The notes under the pieces: model-generated | The model's input: the letters and a program-made list of their open reading frames with translations, nothing else | Told to the model about the DNA's origin: nothing | Databases searched by the model: none | Assembly: GCA_965644265.1 (NCBI GenBank) | Contig: OZ286459.1 | Coordinates: 74,958,001-75,022,000 of the forward strand | Source: Glycera tridactyla | Lineage: Eukaryota | Direction: 5' to 3' | DNA length: 64,000 bases | Translations under genes and position numbers: made by a program | Shown here: piece after piece, positions 38,901 through 50,900 of the stretch | How positions within the stretch are numbered: the first letter of the stretch is position 1 | Layout of the letters: each line of letters starts with the position of its first letter

Positions 38901-41900
38901 TAAATGCACATACCTTAACTAGACAACACTATTCAAATCTATCTAGTTTCTAAGTGATAAGCAGTCAATGACAATGATGCAGGTCACTTGGGGAATTTTC
39001 AGAGGAGTTCTATTATCTACCTCGAAGTGTTTCGATCTATATAGCTGTAATTTTCAACTTCCTCATACCAATTTAAAGATGATAATTGTTTTAAATTGAC
39101 AATTGTGCTAGGTCAATGATTTATGTGATAATATCAATGTGATACTGCACAAAAAATATAATTCAAAAACAATGTGTGCAGTGACCGTTAAAAGTCAAAA
39201 TGCATTGGCAGCAAAAACATCACCCATATTTACTATGAAATTGCATTCGGAAAAAATATTCATATTTTCTGTAGAAGAAAAGCAGCAATGATAAAAGAGG
39301 GAAATGGAGCAAAATAGGCACACAGCACAACAGTGTGCATCAAAGAGGGGTGGGGTGTTTGTGGAGAACTGATGAGGGCAGCTGCTAGAGAGGGCAGGGT
39401 TGCTGAATATTACCATTGAGAGGGGATTTGGCCTTATCAGACGCTGAAATTGAAACACAAATCAGACCGGCTACAATCTGCCCCATATACCAATCATTTT
39501 CAAATATCGTAACAGAGCAATGGAGTGATCAACCACCATCGTAACAGGTCACTGAATGGTCAATGCTACCTGTGAAAACATGGACACGAATGAAGATGCT
39601 GCATGCCGAGCCTTGTTACAACTAAAATAATGTAGTAAATGCCAGCTAATCATGTTTTTGGCAGCGTCTTTGATAATCAGATTGAAGTCAGATTGGGAGG
39701 ACTGGCTTGAACTGACCATCTAGTGATCATTGTATTTGACTTGGAGTGGTTCATGGGGTATTGCATTAACATAGTGATACTGATGGGATGAAGCCTAATC
39801 TCCGAGGATATGACTCAATTTTCGAAACAAGACCTCGCAGATTTTCTAAGGCATATGTTCTTAAACTTTCAGCCAGATGAAAGCAAATCTTTTTCAAGTG
39901 ATGTTTTGTGTGAATTTTGGGCCCCAAGAGAGTGATCAATACTTCCAAATCTTAATCTTGGACATCTTAGCAGCACACACTGATGTGATACATGATAGGT
40001 CACTGTAACGGTAATGTCAATTCACCCTCAGCTTCATGATTAGCACTATATAGAATTTATGACAACAGATTCACACAAGTAATAAGTCTTCTAGTTTGTT
40101 CACTGGTACCACCAGACAAAAATCAGAGACCTAAAATTGTATAAATTTGCTCATGAATGCTAAGAATTTCTGAGGATGGGATCATTTTTGGACGCTAGCA
40201 AAAAACAATTTAGCCTTACAATGTCTTAATATACATCTATTGTTCACACCTGACCTGATTAATGGCATGAAGCTGACGATACTCGATAGTTCTGACTACC
40301 CCATCACAGATGAAGAATACCTAACTTGATTTTCAATGCAGCTATTGCTGCCTCCAGTCAAAAAGCACTCTAGGACTTCCCCTACCCTTATCTATCAGAA
40401 CAACTGTACACCGTCTTGGTCTCATGACGAGTTGATTGAAAATGCAAGTACTGTGCAGATGAAGGTATAAGGACCGCAGTTACATACATAAAAAAACATC
40501 GGTCCAGATATTGCTTCAACTTGGACAAAAAATCCAAAATGGTCAGAAACATCATTGATGTCTAGGACAGAGGCACCTGTCACAATATGTACACTGACAG
40601 AGTGGGGGAGTACAACAACATACATAGATTTGTAGAGATGGAATTAAGACAAGATGAGGAAGACTCACCAGCTCCACGTGTGCGAACTGTCCTGGCTTTA
40701 CTCCGATCTCCGTCTCCTCGTCGAGTATAACCTGCTACTGTAACCTCATACGTTGTATCCGGCTTCAATTGGCTGATCGCAACTTCATAAACATCTTGTT
40801 CTTCCTCTATCCTTAAATCGTATCCCTTTTGTTCACCGATGGCATCTCCATTAGACACAGGGAAGTAATGAATTTGGTAACCACGGATTTTACCGTTCTG
40901 TTCTCGGGTTCTTGGAGCACGCCACTGTACCCTGATGGCAGTTGAGTTGATAGGATCCAGGTTCACATTTCGAGGTGGCCCAGGCACTATTCAAAGATAA
41001 AGCAAATAATGATTTTCAGCTTTGTTGTAATATTTGAGTTATGAAATTAACATCAAGTGCACCCTTGCTTTCTGAGCAATGTCTAATGAAATGAAGTTAG
41101 TAAAACCTTATTCCTGAGCAATAACACATCTTCAGGTCAGAATGATATTGTGAAATCGTGTTGAACAGGAACCATTGAGTTATCTGTAACCCTTGCTTTC
41201 TGAGCAATGTCTGATGAAATGAAGTTAGTAAAACCTTATTCCTGAGCAATAACACATCTTCAGGTTAGAATGATATTGTGAAATCGTGTTGAACAGGAAC
41301 CATTGAGTTATCTGTAACCCTTGAAGGTGGTCGTATATTAGGGGTGCTGAAGAAAGTGTACATGGATCCACTGATTCAGTCTACAGTCACCAGCACTATC
41401 ATATATCAAATTGATAACATTATGTAGCCATAATTTGCATCCCCATCCCTGTGAAATAATGGTTTGCTGGAAATCATGAAAAATTAAAATCAACAATTTG
41501 AAAATGTACAAGCACATTCTATCCTTAATGTAATAAATTCAAGTCAGGAATTGCTTAGCAATGTATCTCAATCCACCTGTTCAGGACAAGAAACCCAGAC
41601 AAGAAATCTCAGTGTAGATTGTAAACAAGTGAGAGTTTGTGTCAAAATAAAACAGATTTGGTGAGACTGCTGTGCACACATGCTTGACTTCAGCTATCAT
41701 CTACTCATCATACTCCGAAACATGAAATAATCAAGGACAGCTATGGTGGCCCATACATGCCACTATCATTACCGTGGTGGTAATCAATTTCCACCATGGT
41801 TGAAACATTTCCACCATGGTAGAAATTTGTCATAAAGTGGATGTAGAAATTATCAGCTTTCCACATCAACTCATTTCCTCCAGACATTCTTTCCCCACAA

Positions 41901-44900
41901 ATATAGCTATTAATTCCTGCAACGTTCCCTCCCCTGGAATTTGATCAAATTCCTTTCACATTCTTCGAGTTCATGTATTGCTCAAAAGACCATCAGTTAA
42001 GGGAAGTTCATCTATGTATTGTGACCCAGCTCATAATTCATGAAATCTGCCAATCCTAACTGACTGAAACATGATATGAACCACCATTAAATACTTTTAA
42101 GTTATAAGGTGGACTACATGTCTGATATACTTTAATCTTAATGCAGTGCATAAGGATGGACTTTGGTTGTATGCTACTCCTAAGAAGGGTGTAGCGGCAG
42201 AGGGGAAAAGATGGGGGTAAGTGGTCAGAGGGGATGAGCTAGGCAGAATGGTTGACTGACTGAGAGTTTGGGATCCCGCAGCAAGCTAAACACGCTCACA
42301 TCTGAATATGTGCANNNNNNNNNNNNNNNNNNNNNNNNNNNNNNNNNNNNNNNNNNNNNNNNNNNNNNNNNNNNNNNNNNNNNNNNNNNNNNNNNNNNNN
42401 NNNNNNNNNNNNNNNNNNNNNNNNNNNNNNNNNNNNNNNNNNNNNNNNNNNNNNNNNCATTTGCAGGGACCCCAATTTCTGAATGATTTCAATTAGGAAG
42501 CAATATTAACAGTATTCAACAGCCAAGTTGAGTTTAGTTACTTATGATGATGAACATTTTGTTTATCCAAGAAAGGTGAATCATCGATCCAAAATTGTGA
42601 TTCCACTGTACTATTTGCCCCAAGTATTTTTGTTAGAACAAACTGAATGTGGATGGATGAGCACATTATTTTCCGCCAATCAGTGATGGGTACAAGAGAT
42701 GAGGCTTTCCCATGATGCTCCAGCTCTGTAAGGATGAGAGGCATCATTGGTATACAAAATATTGTACACATACAAATATAACACAACGACCTCACATCCA
42801 TGATGTAGTCCATGAAAATATCAGTGGCTTATAAAAGGTGTAGGTTATGAATTATTGAGGCAATGAGAAATAACAAGCATATGCATTTAAAGGACTGATT
42901 AGTCTTAATTACTTGGACCAGTGTTATGCATTTTATGATTCAAGTATGTGATGGTTGTCCTTACAAGACAATATCCAAGCATTGGTTGATCTCCTCTTAG
43001 ATAATCCACACAGAACAAAAGGCACAAGTGATGGAACCATAGGGACAATGAACAGTTACACAAATAGAAGAAATATATTACTAGGAGCATCTTCAACATT
43101 CATCATAAACAAACAAAAAACAGGCTGTAAATAAACTTGAGCAAGATGGAACTATTCTTCAATGAAAGATTGTGCCCAGAGTTGACGGTATTATCTTCAC
43201 ATCAGCAAATGATAATCAGTAAAATGGATTGCTGCATGTGCATTGGTGGCGTAAATCAGGATGTCTGCTTATAGACCATGAATGAGTTATGAATATCAAT
43301 TGAATGGTTGTATACTTTCTGTGGAAGGCATACATGTCCACTAGCTATCATACACTATGATACAGTGAAATCTGTGATGAAAGTATGCCCTGAATGTCCA
43401 CCAAAAAGTATCCTTAGAAATATATTTGACTATGTCAAAAAGAGAGGCTGCCCTTATATTGTGATCCCCAGATGCTCAATGCTCGGGGTACCAAAAAATA
43501 TACAGTTCACACACACACATCAGAAGCATGTCAATAATGAACCAGAAACAAACGACAGCATGCTGCCAGACCTGCATGATACTCAAACTGTACTTTATGC
43601 TTGGGATATATGTTTTGCAGAGAGGAAAAAGCAGTCAGAGGAGTGGGATTTCCCAGTGTCTTGTAGAGGTCTGTTGACTGTCTTAAGTCAAATCTGATAC
43701 TAACGAACAATTGTCCATTTTGTTATGATCTATAGAAGCACCAAATATGAACAGATCTCCACACATTCCGAAAACAGCAATGCCGATGAACAGAATTCCC
43801 TCAAATTTGCTAGAGTACCAAGAAAATCCAGATTAATTCCCTCAGAAATAGCTGACTGCAAACTCCAGCAAGCAATTTAGGGATTTTGATCTTCTAACAA
43901 ATTCAGGAAATTTCCAGCAGTGCGGTATCTTTGAGATGATTAAACATCAAAGCCAAACAATAATCTGCATGCATGGTCAATGTTAACATCACTACCAGAA
44001 GTCATCTACCCATTAATGAACGATGTTGTTGGAATTCGAATAAGACACATGAATTTACTTTATCTTGCCAACAACATTGCTTTTGTGTATGCCTGTATGT
44101 TTGATTCTAATCCTCTAGGTTCATTACCAGCATTTCCAATCTAACGCACTGTATATGATGAGGGAAATACATGCTCCTTTGTAGAAATCGATGCCCGAAC
44201 TTATACCTGAATGATGGTTTGCCATTCAGAAAAATGTGATGACCAATGTCCTGTGGTTCACCTTCTGCCATGTGATATCAATCACATTATATTACCCAGA
44301 ATTTGGTGATTCAATTTGAGATCCATTAAATGTCTGGAGTATCCTCATTCCTTGAAGCCAACAACAATAAATATGAATAATATATGTGTCCCTATATCTT
44401 GTCTGAAGATCAATTCCTAACACATTCACATTGTATTGCCCAAATATCAGTCATCAGATATGCAGGTCGAAAACTGAGAATTGTCGTCCAAAATTACATG
44501 TGCTCAAGTGATATTTGGTCACCTGACATGTATATTTGGCAGGATAATAGAGAAGATGTAGTCTCTGGTATAAGAAAAAATCACCAGAAAAAGGGTCTTC
44601 ATAAACCATGCCTCCAAAGTATTGAGCCCATGTAATATGAAGGGTTGATTAAAATTATTTGTTAGTCATAAACTTTGGGTGAATGATAACTATTATCATT
44701 TCATCAGGCTGATACTTTATCATCATATCAAGGACAGGAAAGTACCAGAGGATAACCAAATGTGACAAAATATGTTTTTGTAACTAGGCACAGATGTCAA
44801 GGCTTGATATTCAATTCTGACATGATACCTCAATTGGAAATCAATAATACAAGTCAATCAAGTATCAAGCCACAGGTGACGTTCTGAGCAAAGTAACATT

Positions 44901-47900
44901 CCGACCGGTGTCATTGTAGAGCTCAGAAGTTTGGAATGGCACCCAGATATGGGATCTACACTAGATAAAAACATTAAAACAATATTCCCTTCGATGTGAT
45001 CATGGATTTTTCTTCCCAAATTGATTATTATCATACACCCACAAAAAAGTTTGACATGAATCGGTATTTGCAGGTATTGCAAAGGCATTGATCAAAGCCT
45101 GAAACCTGGAAATACCTTGAGGAGATTGATGCACATGATTCAACAATCTCGTATGACTCGTGAAGACTATTCACTATCATTCCATTTCACTGATTGGATC
45201 AATGTTCTCTGAGATCTACTGACAAATGTCTAATCAACTTCGACAAGCCGAGCCAATGAACAAAAGAATATGCATTAGAATGATTTATACATCAGAATGT
45301 GTTCGCATACGAGATGTATAATATGAAGAGGATTGCTGATACAGATCAGTGATTGACACTTAACTCCATGTGGCTTAGTAAAATGATATGAAATTCCTTG
45401 TGTACAGCTGAAGGCATCCTAATGATGACTTTCAGTGACATTTCTGCGACATTTGAATAAATTCTCCAGGCAAATTCCCAAAATATCTCAATGTTTCCCT
45501 GAATTACAAGTAATCATATACATTATGATGTAGTTTCCTCAAAAGAGATGACACCAAGAGAGTTTCCGAGGTAGTGCGATATGTTTCAGATCTTTGTCAA
45601 TTGCTGATGACAGGGGAAAAATGTTGCAGGTACTGGTAAGCGGCTTGGATTTCACACGATGCAATAGAACTACTGCCGTATTTACCGAGCATGAGTCAGA
45701 GTTAACTTGAACATAACTGGCCATGCAAACAGACACACTCAATCCTACTAGATCTAAGCATCAGACAACTCAAAGATCATGTCTCATTTCACGTTTTGTG
45801 GTAACTAGTACCGAGAAATTAACAAAAGAAATGCTATTCACCATAAAGCTATGATATTTGTGTTGTATCAACTTGATGTGGTGTTCGGAGTGAGATGGCA
45901 TAAGTATATCTGGGTTCCCTCTAGGAAGAAAAACCTCTCAGTGAATGATTTTAGTAAAATGAAATAAGTTTAGCAATTCAGAAAGCACTATATCCGAATC
46001 AGGAAGTATTTCATTGAATCAGTTTGCCCACATGGAAAATTAATGGCATTCTTATATCAAATCAATGTCTATAGCATTTCTTTCACCAAAACAAATGCAA
46101 TAAGGCAAAAATTCATCTACAATAAATCTGCACCACCACGTTTCTGCAATCAGGATTGAGAATTACTTGAGCAAATTTTTTTAGCAAATCAAAGTTTTCT
46201 TTAGCATTTGACTTGACTGATTAGCTATAGCTAAAGTGCTACGGTAATCTATAGAGGGAACCCTGTATATGAATGATTGAAAACACGTAGCAGAGGTTAT
46301 GGATTCATATTCAAATTTGACTATCCATCAGCTTGCTGAGCAATGAGATACAAAGCTTCTTCAAGAGACCCTAACCAAAATTGGGAAAATATATTATCAT
46401 TGATTGATTGATGGAGTAGGATGTCATTTGTCCTCCACAGCTCAGTCATGGGAATATGAATCAAACTAATAGCAAGATACAGCAGGTTCATGTTGCAAAA
46501 TATTTCATGCATCAGAATTGGTTCTGTAAGACACTAGTAACATTGAGAAGAGAGCGATTTGGTCATTGGAAATGCCAGCCAGCATGAGGAAATTCAGGCT
46601 GTAATAACTCATGAAGTCTCTGTGCTGAGAGCCATGCATAGACATAGATCAGAGCACATATTTCCAAACAGTTGAATGACCATGAATATTCCAAACGTTT
46701 CTCCCTATATTGTCTCCATGATGTATATCACAGAATTTCGCAAGAGTCTGTATGATTGTCACATATTCACCATCAGTTGAACTTCTTGTAAGCTGACAGT
46801 CAGCTCTGTCTGTATCAACGATGTCCAAACTCAGCTTGATTCATGATTGACCATGCAAAAATTAAACTTTCTGTTCAGTTACATGAGATAATTTGACAAA
46901 ACACAGAAAGAAGCATATCCAGTGATGCAATGAGATGATGCAAAACTTTTGGAAAAAAGATTAAATATTCCAAAAACACTACTAAATTCTGTCACAATCA
47001 TCAGATTTGAAAGTAACAGACAGCTTACTGCAATCACTGAGCTAAAGTGTCTCATAATTAGTAGAATTCAGAATATTTAAGAGACTCTGGCATCACTGAT
47101 AAATGGTCAATCATAACTTCTGAAGTCATTTGAGTGAGATGCATAGATGAGATAGCACCAGGGAAAGACAATTTTGTTAAAAGATAGCACAAGTCTCATG
47201 CATCTTGTCTTTCCATGCATTTTTCAAAATCAGTTAATTCAAGTTTAGGGATGAGTTAAAAGCACCACCACCAAAGCTATTAGTAGACATCATCCACCAC
47301 CAGAGGTGTAAATTAGTTCTGAATCACACTGCTAGGTGATCAAAACTACCTACCATCCTCACTCGTCTGTGCGATTATGACATCGGAAAATGGACCTGCA
47401 CCTACTCTCGTGAAGGCAGCCACCCATATTTGATACTGAGTCCAAATATTAAGGTTTTGAAGGTCAACAGTCAAGGTGTCAGCATCGACTATAATCTCTT
47501 GGGCATCATCTAAGCCCGTGAAACCATCTGCTTCAGCATAGCGGATCTTATAGCCGCGCAGTTCTCCGTTGATGGCATCTATGGCTGGTGGATCCCACCA
47601 CACCCTGATTGAGCGGGAGGACAGAGCCTCAGCCAGAATGTCCACGGGTGCAGCTTCGGGAACTGTTTGTTTTACAGGAGCGAACACCACAAAATAAAGC
47701 AAAAGACAAAAAAATATATAGTCAAACTGCCACTCAGAAGCACAGACATGCGATATGTTGGCAAAAAATGCTGTAGAGACTGCATCACCCTTTGAAATGG
47801 ATTTGGCACAATTATATATACTCACACTGATCAATTGTTGCGAAATATTTCATGATTCCGACATCCGACACATGGAAAGTGACATGTGTCACCCTATTTT

Positions 47901-50900
47901 ATTTCAACCTATTATATTGATAGAAATTAGGCATCACGGATTCATTCATATTGAATTTTTTGGGTGAAAATCAATTAATCTGCCACCTGCAACATATGCT
48001 GTCAAAATTATGGCACCATGATGAAATAGCCAATGGAAAATTGAAGCAAACCCTTCTTTATGATCCAAATGTAAATGAAACGCTCCAACCACAATATGAG
48101 AGAATCTCACACCCCTTCCGCATGCACATACACTACACAGGATCAAAATATATACGTTTATATGGACAAGCAGAGCAAAACACCACACCATTTGTTGAGA
48201 TCAGTTCACTCCAGTGTATGTTAAGCCAGCCACTCTCAAAGCAGGTTCTACCCACACACACTCTTCTAGAAGCCACTAATAATAGGGCTCAAAATCTGTT
48301 CATTAGCCTTGTTTTGCGTTGCAGTATGTCCAAGAAGCCGTCATTTGCGTCAGGAACTGCATATAACATAACTCCTTGTGTTGTCTTCAGTCAAAGATAA
48401 AAGGGACCGGTGTCATGGGTTTGTACTGAAAAATGACCTCATATCACCCAGTAGGTAATCAATGATCATTTTTTGGGAATGCCTTATTTGTACAGACAGC
48501 GATAGCATATATTGTTACATGTCACATGTGGACTGCCATAATTTTCATGCCATCATAGCTACTTGACTAGGAATAGCATTTGTATTTCAAACAGAGGAGA
48601 TCTCGGCAGAATGTCCGTCTAGGGATAGCATTTTCAAGTTGAAACAACATGGACATATCAGAGGGATGGTCGAACCTGTCTCCAATGACCACCTTTGGTT
48701 GGACACCAAAGAGAGGATGGATCTCCCAGCTAATGGAAAACACACTAATTTGATGGGACTTCAAGTGACTACCAATCAAACATTAAACATTGGTGTCCAT
48801 GATTCTGACCACTACAAAAATACAAAAAATACAGCCTAAAAATATATTGCGAAATTAATATATGTGGCATATACCTTTTTATGATACAGCCAGTTTGGGA
48901 GGTATATTAACATTCTCATGAATAAATTGTTGTCAACTTGAGAAAACACCACACATTATGCTTGAAATTGGTGGTGATTGGCTTGATAATGAACTATAGA
49001 GAACATAATAGTCGTCAACTTGAGAATTCTTTCTAGGCAGATAATTTCCATACAGAGGTCATTGCAAGAGCAGGTAGGTCAATTTTTGGAGAAGTATTTT
49101 GGCTGAAAATAAATTTGCCAACTTCTGAAAAACAAAAATAGTAATGATGCTTTTTTGGGAGAGATGGTGTCAGTGGTTGCAATTACGTGAGGGGAAAAAT
49201 AAGAATTTCTTGGATTAATAATAATAATGATGATAATAATAATAATGTAAAGCATTATGTACCCACATTCTAATGGAAAGGAGTGATCATTAGTCCAAAA
49301 TGGTTGGTATCTCTGCTGAACATTGAACTCTCATGGTGCAATCAAAGCAGTAACCACGAAGTGAGAGCTCTAGTAATTAAGTGAAACTCCGTGTTGTGAC
49401 ACATGTTGGTTCAAAGTTTCGACACCGCTCTTTCATTCCTCCCCATACTTATATGCTTAATTATATGAAGAAACAATAATGTTCTTCATTAGTTTGATGA
49501 GCCAAATGCATTTCAAAAGTGATCAACCTTCATACAGCAAAAACAGAACAACAAAAGATGTGTATAAATACATATATGAATATATAGATGTGTAGGTGCA
49601 TCGAACAGATACACAGACAGGAACTTAACTGAATATTTGATGATATTTAGTACATTAAGTTCGACAATTATAGAAACGCTACAAATAAAATGTGCCAATA
49701 GATACTAGCATCAGCACCTAATCACTAGGGTAATGAAATCTCAGATGAGCAAGTTAGAAAAAACCTTGCTTCTCATGTCTAAATATACTCATAAGTCCAT
49801 ACGATACAACATATAGTTATGTAATCCTATTTGATGGTCTTCCATGCATCAAACATCAAATATAGAGGGTAGATTGTGAGAATGTTCCTAGCATGAAATC
49901 CACAACTGGCTCGCAATCCGCCATAGGACAAATGGTATTTCACCTTTGATTATACTTTTAGCATCCCGGATAATAATGGATGAGACTTTGGCTGACTAAA
50001 GCAAAATAGTAGTGCAAGCCCTTGAAATACGCCTATATTGTACGCATATTCAATAAGGCAATTGTTCATCAATTTGACAGATAAGTGTTTCATCAGAAAT
50101 AAAACTCATGCATTCATACTGCTTCACAGGTGATTTGCAAAGCACTTGGAGTGCAAATTATCAAAGTCATAGAGACTGACATCTCTGGATGCACAATATC
50201 AGTACATAACGAAGTCATGTAATATGCTTGAATGATGTCACATTTTGTTTGGGCCATCTTGGTGTTCACACTCTGAATGCGAGTGGGATCAGACCAAATG
50301 CCGATACTGATTTCTGCAGAATATAACAATGTTTAGATCTACCACAGAAATTTGCGATGAGCGATTGAGCCAGCCATTGTGAAAACTGGCATGATGTTCA
50401 AGGGCGATCAGAAGAGAGTTATGAAAATTTCTCAGAGCTTGTACCTTTACCACAAAGTTAATTTCACTGAGTTCTGATCCTTCATATATACAACTTCTTG
50501 TCATGATCTAATAGATGTGTCTAGTCTAACATGCTCATTGAGGCAATTCACAGCACAATTATACATAAATCTTTGCAGTGACACTTGGGGAGTTCTAGAC
50601 ATATGAATTTGATGTGAATTTAATGGGTCATACACAGAGAAAATGGACAGTTAATCTACCACCAGAACAACAGAACAAACATGTTGATATTGAATCATTC
50701 TTTCACAAGGGAGAGATTGGAATTGACAGCACATAAAAAATCATATAAACATACCAAACTCAAAGGTACGGATTTGTAGTGTCGGTGTGAGTGCACCCTG
50801 TCCACGCGACGACCTGGCAGCAACCTGGATGTGATACACAGTGTTGGCCGTGAGATCTTCGAGAAGATACGTATTACGGGGTGGTGAGATGGTGATACGA

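Noticed and set aside
41061-41323. 128-bp tandem as a Penelope/retrozyme hammerhead repeat (minus strand CCTGAAGATG...CAGGAA / CAGAAAGC)
   Set aside because: The conserved GAAA is not correctly placed after CTGAAGA and the helices cannot be built; treated as a simple duplication
43308-43697. 129-aa plus-strand ORF
   Set aside because: Runs through a MITE fragment and a CA tract; no protein motif
47951-48400. 149-aa plus-strand ORF as a nested gene
   Set aside because: No recognisable domain, no splice or compositional support; typical chance ORF in AT-rich intron
49395-49445. GTCGAAAC on minus resembling a Penelope-like terminus
   Set aside because: No CTGANGA core and no adjacent RT/GIY-YIG remnants
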